This document shows positions 9,901 through 17,320 of a stretch of 64,000 nucleotides of DNA, piece by piece; the stretch's first letter is position 1; each line of letters starts with the position of its first letter. The stretch is taken from contig OY771587.1 in the NCBI GenBank assembly GCA_963674825.1, positions 1,824,001-1,888,000 of the forward strand, written 5' to 3'. The position numbers were made by a program, and so were the translations under genes. The DNA is from Candidatus Cloacimonadales bacterium. Lineage in GTDB: Bacteria; Cloacimonadota; Cloacimonadia; Cloacimonadales; JAIOQZ01. The notes beneath the pieces were generated by a model. That model did not search any database. It was not told the DNA's origin and worked only from the letters and a program-made list of their open reading frames with translations.

Positions 9901-12900
9901 CATCATCGGCGATTTTGGCGCCGACGTTTTTGTCGGTGGCGCACTGAACTTGATATGGGGCATTACGAAAGTGCTTTCCTGGGATGACGAGGCAAATGAC
10001 GCGATCCTGGAACAAAATGTAATGGTCAGCCCGGATGGCTTCGCAACGGTCTATGTTTACACGGAAAGCCAGATCGAGAACTCCGTGATTCCAAACCTGC
10101 TGACGATCGGCGATACCGAGTCGGCCGATCGCTGGCAATCCTACCTGGACATGAACGAGTATAATAAGGAACATGCACAGTCGAATCCCAATCACCCAAA
10201 CAACATCTCGTTTTGCGCCGGTCCCGCGTACACCTATATGGAAGAGACTTCCACAACGATGTCAACGACGTTCGAATTCGAAATGACCGTAGGCACCGAG
10301 TTTGGAGAAGAATTCGGCATGACGGTTGATGGTGTTGGTGGCGAAACCGGCTACACTTTCTCAACGCAGGTTTCATTTGGCGTTTCCGCCTCAAATACTT
10401 TCGAGACCACAACGACATCCACGTTTGTTCTTGCCGATGACGATGTCGCTTCCGACCTGACCTGGATATCCGACTATTTCACCACCGATATCGGCGTGGA
10501 CCCTGTGTATGGAACGCCTGTTTTCAATCTTGTTTCCGGAGCTTCTTCAGCGCACTGGGAGCCTAATACACAGCCCCGCGATGGCGTTATGTTGACGGCA
10601 AACACATACACCGCCACCGATATTCCATCCGGCGGAACCGCGGCGTTCCTGCTATACCTGAGCAATACCAGCCAGACAGACGAAGCGCGCAGATATTTCC
10701 TCACGGTCCAGCATGGAACCAACCCAGTCGGCGCTACGGTGAAAATCAACGGCGTTTCTCTGGAAGACTGCATGGCATTCGATCTCGATGCGGGTGAAAC
10801 CCGTCAGGCGGTGCTTACCGTGGAACAGGGTGTCGGAGGGTATGAGTTGGAAGGACTCACGCTCGAATTCTATGCCGAGGGAGATCGTGGTTACGACGGC
10901 CCCGAGGGACATTACTTCGATGTGTTCAAATCATTCAATATCTATTGGGAAGCGCCATACAGCAGGGTATCCATTGGTCTTCCGCAAGACAATTGGCTAC
11001 TCAACCAGAATACCGGCGACAGCCTCAGCGTCATGCTGACCGATTACGATCTTACGAAGCCCACCTTCCGTTCGCTCAAGCTCCAGTACAAGCATCCGCA
11101 GGATGTCAACTGGCTGCCGGGATTCGAGATTCCGCGCGATTCGCTGGCATCGCATCCCAATTACATTTTCTACCCCTGGGATGTCAGCGGTATCCCCGAC
11201 GGATTGTACGAGATTCGCGCTGTCGCCACCGACAGCCTGTTGGCGGACTTCAACACGGAGTCTCTCAGCGGCACGATCGATCGGAACGGTCCGGATGTCA
11301 TGGGCGATCCGCAGCCGCTGGACGGCATTCTTGATAACGACGACGAAATATCGATCACGTTCGTCGAAGAGATCGATCCGACCACGGTCAACGTCACGAA
11401 CATCTCCGTCGTAATTGTCGATGTCGGCAACATGGAAGTGGATTGCGAGCTTGATTGCTACGAGAACAAGGTCGCCATCACGCCGCGAATCGCCAACTAC
11501 TGGCTCGAGAATCACACGGTCAGGGTAGAGGTCGCGAATGTTTGCGATATCTACGGCAACCCGATGGAAGAGCCGGTGGACTGGGAATTCTTTGTCAACG
11601 CCAATCCCGTCAACTGGGAGAACGCCAAGATCGAGGTGATCAAGCCGCTGGGCGAGGAACTGATCATTACAACCCGCCTGATCAACAACGGAGGGCAGTT
11701 ATCTTCGTTCACCATCGAAAACCTTCCCGTATGGCTTACGGTCAGCCCGGATTCCGGTCAGCTTCTGCCGCTCGATTCGGAAACCATCACCTTCACCGTG
11801 AGCGATCAGATCGGTTTCGGCACGTACATGGACACGGTATATGCCGACATCCCGTCGCTCGGAACGGAAACGCTCGTATTCGATATCGGCGTCATCGCCG
11901 ATCCTCCCGAATGGTCAACGGTGGCCATTACGGGCTACGATTACTCGATGTCGATTACCGGCAAGATGTCGATCGAAGGTGAGCTTTCCGGTGATCTCAA
12001 CGACGTGATCGGCGCTTTCGTGCAGAATACGTCCGGTCAATACGAGTGTCGCGGGTATGCGCAGACAGAGAAAGTGCCCGGACTAACCGACGCATTCGCC
12101 TTTTTCCTGACCATCCACAGCGACGAGGAATACGGGGAAGATCTTCTGTTCAGAGTTTGGGACGCTTCCGAATGTAAGGAGCATTTCGGTATCGAGGAGA
12201 GTTACACGTTCATCGAGGGGGCGGTATATGGAATGCCGTCATCGCCGGTCGTGGTTCACGCCTCGCCGGAACTGGTTCGGGATATCTCCTGTAGCACCGG
12301 CTGGACATGGCTTTCCACCAACCTCGAGAACCAGGTGTCCATGTCGGTCGATACGCTGCTGGAGAGCCTCACCCCACAGAACGGCGACCTGATCAAGAAT
12401 CAGACAGAATACGCCCAATACGTCGAAGGCTCGGGATGGATCGGCTCTCTGACGGAAATCGCAACCAACGAGATGGTCAAGCTGAAACTGGCTCAATCCG
12501 ATGAACTGACCCTAAACGGACTGCTCGCCGATCCGTACACCTCGCAGATCACCTACGGAAGCGGATGGAACTGGATCGGATACATCCCGCACGTCAGCGT
12601 CAGTGTGACGGAAGCGCTCGCCGATATCGACAATCCGGTCAACGGCGATCTGATCAAGAACCAGCACGGATACGCCCAATACCTGGATGGATATGGATGG
12701 ATCGGATCGCTCCTCTTCATGAATCCGGGCGACGGATACATGCTGCATACCGAGAACGCGGGAACCTTCCATTATCCCGATTACGAACTGACCCGCGGTC
12801 TGGAGACAATATCCGACGGGGATCGGCATATCGCCAGCACCCCCGAAGTTCCGGGTTGGGACATCAATCCGCTCAACTACGAGTATTCTGCCAATATCAC

Positions 12901-13438
12901 GGGCGTGCTGTGGCGGGACAGCGGCTTGTTGCTGGATGATGCACTTGTGATTGGAGCGTTCAGCGGAGATGAATGCCGCGGTATCGCCGGACCGATCGAG
13001 GCCCAAGACCAGTTGATGTATTTCCTTACCATATATTCGAATGACTATCTCGACACAATCACGTTCAAAATCTATAATACGGAAACCGGTGTGGTTACGG
13101 GAATTGAAGAAGAAATCAACTTCATCAGCAACCAGATCATCGGTGATCCGCTCGATCCGTACCACTTCGAATTACCTTCCGGAATTATTCCTGGCCCGCA
13201 AAACCTGAGAATCACCATCGTCGGTAACGTGGCGAACCTCTTATGGAATAGCTGTATCGGAGCGCAGTCTTATCGTGTATATTCCAGCGATGATCCCGAA
13301 ACCGAAGATGAAGACTGGGAACTGGTCGGTAATGTCAATGAGACCTCGTGGCAGGGCGCGATATCCGGAAGCAGACGATATTATCGCGTGACCGCAGTTT
13401 ACGATATCACCAGCCGGGGCGGACAACAGAAACGTTAA
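3956..13438 (+). CDS. Giant secreted multidomain protein (3160 aa): signal peptide, 2 LamG/ConA, right-handed beta-helix regions, FN3, LamG, Ig-like/BACON-like modules, duplicated C-terminal modules, FN3-like terminal domain
   Basis: RBS AAGGAG; signal peptide MKPRNFIFVWIALICMAIPLHA; LamG motifs (WLHVAGTYDG...IDDLRLW, YWKFDEGSG); GGA(I/L)/FxxN beta-helix repeats; IDIGAYE; duplicated GDLIKNQxxYAQY and YxYSxxITG...IGAF...ECRG units. Confidence 0.9.
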   Translation: MKPRNFIFVWIALICMAIPLHAEYPGICMNFSGTGQYGHGTGIPTTLTSLTMEAWVKHSEMSSTVQRYLTLKPEMAIIRLNNTNGQLHFYIKQSNGSLTAVSANVMTTNEWLHVAGTYDGTTLNLYLNGELVATNTAPVGGLYTPDGEFDISGSGERLRGSIDDLRLWSDVRTGTEIKANRFKQLTGTESGLVSYWKFDEGSGTIAYDSAGNADATLFNITEDNWIDSTVPTVSDESGNALNLYDQTHAVEIQTRSGLPIYTNCSDNAYSISMWIKGDSSEEYKTIYMEESTVYADYSAFNITTWSSGRIWMHLVSDDNQSILSKKSAGSVLDGTWHNLTWVDDDGAAVLYIDGVADAMDFSYTRSNSIDLDVARLGLPGTTNFIGEIDELRLWDKAMNEDEVCVNMVSPLQGTETDLVAYYQFNEADGEVMYDVARGNNGIMGGATALHRTESDAPIGTTVGGNITSSTTWSESPIYVIDDITLYNGATLTIDPGVEVVFAGSHVVNVLGKISAYGTEQDSILFTALNEDIGWKGIRYINTNADSSRFVHCIFEKAKVSGTSDEVRGSAMEIKTFSKVRIDHCEFRYNTNLSTTSGEGGTLALLASSAKVKDTVFRNNTSTYYAGALYTYYGSPMIDRCQFIDNSASHYGGAVVVGNSDGWLHNCIFKDNTAGTTGGALDLGGECEMSVANCVFDGNHSDTQGGAIYHSGNTSMNLSNCTIINNSAVNGGGLAIDGLSDIAFRNNIIRDNTATTSGNQVFVNSSSDVDFRYCDIEDGLSAFGYCTGATLSGEYLYCFDLDPEWEETEDGYWISGISPCINAGDPETSLSGSALHDINGDPRYYDYTGFSGNLGEAFDRIDVGAVESQMGHLLVPDDTVIDIDQYIDENLYVLKGRTLNVDPGVRLSFRSTAHAYIYGSLSAIGEPDDMITFTSASSSSRWKGFTFGEEGVETNASSVLEYCIVENGDMGSGMDERGANIHAWRYDDLLIRNCVLRNGYSYYGGAMYAYYSNVRLIGSVICDNESETKGRALYFNTSQVDIVNCTITGNTGSASSTAAIYFTNTTYQPTIVNCIIWDNGSSPLYPGSGALTNVTFCDIEGTYPGTNNCAFDPSFKEESDTPYDINGWSYCLNAGTPDAAGFDLAEIDIAGNPRIFHHHVGTYDRIDIGAYEHQGYLAPCDFTASDGNNDYPGYVQLFWDYNSNYNYPPMGFKIYRNGINITIVDSDTHAYSDFNALPGQVYSYAVEAYNGEEAGLSAEDSGYLKPNGIISGTILTANNNPVQDIKVVLDPSPGYCLRFENSHSPSLAIEDPGTDMRYNYTIEFWARTPLSNTTLLKKGIIQFQINSSGNAVVTNGSNSLTQAIDSVSVVDNDWHHWAVVSDYSNSSCYLYVDEYIVASSTSFALCTSSTGNILSGTSFDGYLDDIRLWSAARDSSDIVDGKDIIAPCDEDGLDGYWTLNEGTGTTIFDATSNAHNGVATNCEWSAQDPDIQLGAFTDEWGDYMINQIPYGSSTTFIVVPTKLGHIFQPEQRSVTLSQSNIAQNGIDFTDNSMIPISGYAKYQGTTCPVENATVYLNGSMALPVTMTDEDGYYVIEVEHGTNSIISLEFNDHIFNRSWDLGVVTYPRTNINFEDTFKTQFQANVVGGTDSYPIGDFNLTINSVNGYYNRVVTGQDWSMGSVIINNLPPLDFHVTVDPGDFDPFGLVLDEQFQSMKTQDIDLTNTDETIDTLSYVWRAPLNIEVAWPDTLELKHFADYPESEFYVLPQNEWCSLVIKACEDYSYEGHPDQKTYLVECDLTINDEIGTQGETTASFDGEAEYTYEFAPYTPNIQGGYDRQYQNMIEITVEDTAHDRFATQTDWVLTEGIKPLESTYATTSPEIPFLILHDPPGDCSYASFNQSSSHTMGFGVSVCTDMEENTYSKIHLGADLTTEEGLLFSVENEIDITADMNMGFTMGMHQGTSFEQEYTFTTSEEYTTSESDDIIGDFGADVFVGGALNLIWGITKVLSWDDEANDAILEQNVMVSPDGFATVYVYTESQIENSVIPNLLTIGDTESADRWQSYLDMNEYNKEHAQSNPNHPNNISFCAGPAYTYMEETSTTMSTTFEFEMTVGTEFGEEFGMTVDGVGGETGYTFSTQVSFGVSASNTFETTTTSTFVLADDDVASDLTWISDYFTTDIGVDPVYGTPVFNLVSGASSAHWEPNTQPRDGVMLTANTYTATDIPSGGTAAFLLYLSNTSQTDEARRYFLTVQHGTNPVGATVKINGVSLEDCMAFDLDAGETRQAVLTVEQGVGGYELEGLTLEFYAEGDRGYDGPEGHYFDVFKSFNIYWEAPYSRVSIGLPQDNWLLNQNTGDSLSVMLTDYDLTKPTFRSLKLQYKHPQDVNWLPGFEIPRDSLASHPNYIFYPWDVSGIPDGLYEIRAVATDSLLADFNTESLSGTIDRNGPDVMGDPQPLDGILDNDDEISITFVEEIDPTTVNVTNISVVIVDVGNMEVDCELDCYENKVAITPRIANYWLENHTVRVEVANVCDIYGNPMEEPVDWEFFVNANPVNWENAKIEVIKPLGEELIITTRLINNGGQLSSFTIENLPVWLTVSPDSGQLLPLDSETITFTVSDQIGFGTYMDTVYADIPSLGTETLVFDIGVIADPPEWSTVAITGYDYSMSITGKMSIEGELSGDLNDVIGAFVQNTSGQYECRGYAQTEKVPGLTDAFAFFLTIHSDEEYGEDLLFRVWDASECKEHFGIEESYTFIEGAVYGMPSSPVVVHASPELVRDISCSTGWTWLSTNLENQVSMSVDTLLESLTPQNGDLIKNQTEYAQYVEGSGWIGSLTEIATNEMVKLKLAQSDELTLNGLLADPYTSQITYGSGWNWIGYIPHVSVSVTEALADIDNPVNGDLIKNQHGYAQYLDGYGWIGSLLFMNPGDGYMLHTENAGTFHYPDYELTRGLETISDGDRHIASTPEVPGWDINPLNYEYSANITGVLWRDSGLLLDDALVIGAFSGDECRGIAGPIEAQDQLMYFLTIYSNDYLDTITFKIYNTETGVVTGIEEEINFISNQIIGDPLDPYHFELPSGIIPGPQNLRITIVGNVANLLWNSCIGAQSYRVYSSDDPETEDEDWELVGNVNETSWQGAISGSRRYYRVTAVYDITSRGGQQKR

Positions 13439-13457
13439 TTTCTCAGTTACTGCCATC

Positions 13458-13486
13458 CGCGGGTATCATCTTGATATCCGCGTTTT
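13458..13486 (+). terminator. Putative intrinsic terminator after giant protein 1
   Basis: Stem CGCGGGTATC / GATATCCGCG (one G-U) followed by TTTT. Confidence 0.6.
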
Positions 13487-13500
13487 CACATCGGGTGAAA

Positions 13501-13672
13501 TGGAAAGACTGCAATCACTGGAAGGAAAAACTGCCGTCACTTGCAACTTGGAAGAGCGACTGCATTGATGTGTTTGATTGGGCGAGAGTTAAGGGCATTT
13601 CCTATCACTTCGACTTGTTGCACGATGGAAAACATGCTGTCACAAAGTGGAAAATGAAGGTGTCACTTTACA
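13501..13672. mobile_element. Orphan transposon-like terminus (IS21/Mu/Tn7-style): four imperfect direct repeats ending in terminal ACA
   Basis: TGGAAAGACTGCAATCAC (13501-18), GGAAAAACTGCCGTCAC (13524-40), TGGAAAACATGCTGTCAC (13626-43) and TGGAAAATGAAGGTGTCAC (13648-66) form two pairs with 22-23-nt period, then TTTACA (5'-TGT on the minus strand) exactly where Cas2 similarity begins. Confidence 0.55.
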
Positions 13673-13845
13673 GCGACCGGCTATGGAAGAAAGTATGCGG
13701 TGGTAGTAAGGGAGGTGCCTGCATGATGTTGTGGTCAACCAACAACGAGCAAGGTTTTCGTGTTGACTTCTGGGGTGCCAATAGTAGAATCGTCACAGAT
13801 TGGGAGGGACTTAAGCTATTGACAAAGCCCTCGAAGCCCGATTAA
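13673..13845 (+). pseudogene. cas2: 3' half of a type I-E cas2 (YgbF-like), 5'-truncated
   Basis: DRLWKKVCGGSKGGACMMLWSTNNEQGFRVDFWGANSRIVTDWEGLKLL matches the I-E Cas2 C-terminal pattern (R.xW..V....G.AxMxWxTNxEQGF.....G...R...DxDGLxL); directly precedes a I-E array; the N-terminal ~40 aa are absent. Confidence 0.8.
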
Positions 13846-13852
13846 ATCAAGA

Positions 13853-14063
13853 GTATTCCCCACGCATGTGGGGGTGAACCGTCCGGGCCGGGAAAGAGCT
13901 GATACTGGCGATGTATTCCCCACGCATGTGGGGGTGAACCGTACGGTCGTCCAATGCCCGCCGCGGCTGTCACGTATTCCCCACGCATGTGGGGGTGAAC
14001 CGCAAACTGCTGCTTGTTCATCATGGAGAATATGGTATTCCCCACGCATGTGGGGGGGAACCG
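13853..14063 (+). CRISPR. CRISPR mini-array 2: 4 repeats, 3 spacers (31, 32, 32 nt); same repeat as array 1
   Basis: Repeats at 13853, 13913, 13974 and 14035; the last is degenerate (GGGGGGGAACCG), marking the trailer end on the + strand. Confidence 0.97.
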
Positions 14064-14086
14064 CTTGAGAAGATTATCGATAATGG

Positions 14087-15094
14087 CTAGTGTCTTTGTT
14101 TTTTGATCTTCGCTTCCAGGGCTTGCAACTCGGCATCGTCTTGCCGGTCGGCTTCTCTGGCTTCGTCAGCTTTTCGCTGCTTATCATAATCCAGATATAG
14201 CGAGGAGGTTTGTTCCTTCATCTGTTCATGACTGATGGAACCTGCGTGTTTGAGGAGCGGAAACCCATTGGACGAGATAATCTGATCCACGTTTTGTTTC
14301 CAGAAGCTCATACGAGTCTCGCGGCGATTCTTGGCACGAAGCTCCGCCGTTTCCAGGAAGATCACGACAAGGCGGTTCAGCGTATCGATTTCGTCTTCGG
14401 TCAGGTAATTCTTGGCGATCAGAATGTCCTGCTTGCGAACCTTATCGCCCTGCCAATGCATAAGTCCGAAGTGTGGGTCGTTCGCATCGGCCCGATCGAT
14501 GATAAGTTCTGCGGCGGTTTGCTGGGTGACGGCAAAGAGGAGCATATTTTGTACGGTGGCGAAAAACTGATGCGTGGCATGGTCTGTCTTGTCATAGTCG
14601 CTACTGAGGGCGAAAAGGTCCCGCACCTTCTGGTAAAAGCGCTTCTCGGAGGCACGAATCTCGCGGATACGTTGCAGCATCTCATCGAAGTAGTCCGGAC
14701 GACCATCCGGGTTCTTGAGCCGCTCGTCGTCCATCACGAAGCCCTTGAGCAGGAATTCTTTCAGAACGGTCGAAGCCCAGCGCCGGAACTGAACGCCGCG
14801 TGGTGAACGCACCCTGTAGCCCACCGCCAGAATAGCGTCCAGGTTATAGAGGTTGATTAGACGCTGTACCTCACGGCTACCCTCGATCTGAACTACCGAG
14901 GATTCCTCGGTAGTTGCCTCTTGATCCAGTTCTCTGTCGTGATATATGTTCTTTAGATGGAGACCAATGTTGTCCACGCTAACATCAAACAATTCCGCCA
15001 TTTCCCGCTGTGTCAACCAGACCGTGTTCTGGTCCGCGCGAAGCTGTATCTGGCTTTTGCCGTCTTCGGTGGTGTAAAGGATCAGGTCGTTCAT
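14087..15094 (-). CDS. RhuM-family (Virulence_RhuM) DNA-binding protein
   Basis: Signatures TVWLTQREMAELF, YNLDAILAVGYRVRSPRGVQFRRWA, GFVMDDERLK, DYFDEMLQRIREIRASEKRFYQKV, AKNYL. Confidence 0.92.
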   Translation of the reverse strand: MNDLILYTTEDGKSQIQLRADQNTVWLTQREMAELFDVSVDNIGLHLKNIYHDRELDQEATTEESSVVQIEGSREVQRLINLYNLDAILAVGYRVRSPRGVQFRRWASTVLKEFLLKGFVMDDERLKNPDGRPDYFDEMLQRIREIRASEKRFYQKVRDLFALSSDYDKTDHATHQFFATVQNMLLFAVTQQTAAELIIDRADANDPHFGLMHWQGDKVRKQDILIAKNYLTEDEIDTLNRLVVIFLETAELRAKNRRETRMSFWKQNVDQIISSNGFPLLKHAGSISHEQMKEQTSSLYLDYDKQRKADEAREADRQDDAELQALEAKIKKQRH

Positions 15095-15575
15095 ACTATC
15101 GGGACACCTTCCTTTGGGATACTGCTATCTCAGTCCGTTCATGATGACGATCAAGTGGAGATACACGGTTTTCCGCAAGTCATTTTTTCTGGAGCGGACA
15201 ATCTCCGCTTCGGGAATGCTCAAAAATGGCTTCGCAATGATCGATGGCGCGACGTGTCTTGATGGCGGTTTTTTGCCCAAGACGTGTAGCCGATACTTGT
15301 GCGGGATTTTATTATATTAATGGATCTTCCGAGTCTAAGGGCGGAAGGCTTCAGGAAGGGCTTCATTCCTGCCGGCCTCTTTTATGAGGCAGGTTTCTTC
15401 TTGAAATGGCCATATCCAGTCGGATATCAATGATTACATCCTTACTCCCTCTCTATTAATCTCTATATCATAGAGATTATGAAGGGGTCGTTTCAAAGCT
15501 TTGTAATTTATCTTGTTGCCATGAAGCGCACCTTTTCCGATAATTGCCCTTGATCACTTACAACGTGGAGGTACC

Positions 15576-17198
15576 ATGGGTAAGACCTGTGTGATTTACG
15601 CACGAACAAGTGCCCGTGATAATGAGGATTCTCTCGACGCTCAAATCGAAAAATGTAACGCGTACGCGAGAAAACGAAATCTCCGTTTCCAGGAGGCGTT
15701 CAGAGATGAATGTTCTGGGTACTCTGCACCTCTGCATCGAAGGCCGGGACTGTTGGCAATGATGGAGTATCTGAGAGGTCATCAGGAAACGAAGATCGTC
15801 CTTGTTCGAGACATTTCCCGCTTGAGCAGGTCTGTCTTGCAGGGATCATACCTCTTGCATTGGCTTCAGCTCCAAGGGGTCGTCATCCATGATGTCGAAA
15901 TGCTTGGGGCTTCCCCAAACGCATCTTTGGAGCCATCAAATTCCTGGACGTACCGGAGGATGTTGCAGAAAAAATTGATCGATGCCGAAGACTATGTCCA
16001 TTCTCATAGAGCGGGTAATAAGGATCGCGAGAGTGACGATAGGCTGTTTACGGGCAAAACGCCTCCATTCGGTTACGAAAATCATCATGGGATATTGACA
16101 AAGCGAAAGGATGCCATTCCGCTCGTTGAAGGAGTCTTTTCCATCGTGATGGATTACCTGAACAGCGAAGGTATGGGAAAGGAGCCAGTCAGCTACAAGA
16201 ATATCTTTGATGGGATCAAAGACAAGGCAGAATTCATAGGGGTGAAACAGAAGATCGCCACAAGAAAGGAGAGTATCACGCTCGAGAGCGATCGAAGCCT
16301 GAAAGGCATGCTCCAGAATCCGTATTACGCCGGTTTCTCATCAAGCAGCACCCATAAGACTAAGCCTCCTGTAAAGCGCTCCCCGAAACCCGAAGATCGC
16401 ATTCACGAGTACTATATCAACGTCGAGGACTATAATCGACTCAATAAGGGATATTGTTCCATCGATTTCCCACAGGTGAAGAAACCGAGTTTAGTATCCC
16501 TTATCACCTGTCAACATTGCGGAGGACACCTTCACAAGAAGGATGATCGTTCTGTATGTCGAGCATGCGGCAAATCTGTTGCCGAGAAAACCCTTGTTGA
16601 GGAGATCGCCGATAATCTTCGGAAGTACTATATAAATATCGATAACAATTTCGTTCGGAACATGCTCTCGTATTTCCGTAAAGATAAACTTGAGAAACTT
16701 CTTCGCAGCATTCAGGAGCAGCTTGAGAGCTATGAAGTGCACTCTGAGGCTGTTATCGAGGATATGTCTCTATCCAGCAGATCGGTCGAAGTTGATGATG
16801 TAGTTATACATCTCCGAAGTGTATGCGATGAAATAGAGAAAATGAAGAGTACCCAATCCAATGAATTGTCGGTGCTTTGGCTTCTGGCATATCATGATGG
16901 GAAAGGGCGAGCCTTCCTCGAGAATTTTGACATCAGCATCATACATGACTTCGACTCCCAAAACCTCGTGCTGACCATGCCTGAAGCGGCTTCGATCGAG
17001 GTGCATGAAAAGGAGCTCCGAAAGGAGGAGCTTACGCAGGAGTTTCATGATTATCAGAACTCCCGAGAGAAAATCAAGAAGATGATCGACGAGGTGCCCG
17101 GAATCAAGGCTGCCCTGAAGTATGATGCCGGCTTCGCGAGCGGGGATTTCTGGGCCGACTACAACGACGCGATCTTTACGCATGATGTCGATACATAA
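15576..17198 (+). CDS. Large serine recombinase (resolvase, recombinase and Zn-ribbon/coiled-coil domains), 540 aa
   Basis: RBS GGAGG; YARTS catalytic Ser; DECSG...RRPGL; DISRLSR; PPFGY; LQNPYYAG; CQHC...CRAC. Confidence 0.9.
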   Translation: MGKTCVIYARTSARDNEDSLDAQIEKCNAYARKRNLRFQEAFRDECSGYSAPLHRRPGLLAMMEYLRGHQETKIVLVRDISRLSRSVLQGSYLLHWLQLQGVVIHDVEMLGASPNASLEPSNSWTYRRMLQKKLIDAEDYVHSHRAGNKDRESDDRLFTGKTPPFGYENHHGILTKRKDAIPLVEGVFSIVMDYLNSEGMGKEPVSYKNIFDGIKDKAEFIGVKQKIATRKESITLESDRSLKGMLQNPYYAGFSSSSTHKTKPPVKRSPKPEDRIHEYYINVEDYNRLNKGYCSIDFPQVKKPSLVSLITCQHCGGHLHKKDDRSVCRACGKSVAEKTLVEEIADNLRKYYINIDNNFVRNMLSYFRKDKLEKLLRSIQEQLESYEVHSEAVIEDMSLSSRSVEVDDVVIHLRSVCDEIEKMKSTQSNELSVLWLLAYHDGKGRAFLENFDISIIHDFDSQNLVLTMPEAASIEVHEKELRKEELTQEFHDYQNSREKIKKMIDEVPGIKAALKYDAGFASGDFWADYNDAIFTHDVDT

Positions 17199-17200
17199 GC

Positions 17201-17307
17201 CGTCCCAAGAGGGGGCAGATATCGCTGAAAATAGCCACATCGTCCCATATACGTCCCAGATATTTCTCCGAAAATGCCATAATTCTTTACTGCCTAACTG
17301 TTTATAA
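17201..17307. repeat. Three CGTCCCA direct repeats plus AT-rich tract; putative integrase arm-type sites of an att site
   Basis: CGTCCCA at 17201, 17241 and 17252 (last two 11 nt apart), then TAACTGTTTATAA (17295-307), just before the tRNA fragment. Confidence 0.45.
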
Positions 17308-17320
17308 CGTATTGGCTAAA

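Noticed and set aside
13348..13845. 165-aa ORF as an intact gene
   Set aside because: It runs across the giant gene's end, a terminator and the repeat region; only the last 56 aa are Cas2-like. A 63-aa product from ATG 13654 is possible but unsupported.
13882..13912. Spacer 1 of array 2 as a tRNA-homing or self-targeting spacer
   Set aside because: Only an 8-nt CCGGGAAA overlap with tRNA-Ser. I saw no protospacer for any spacer in the window, though a by-eye search is not exhaustive.
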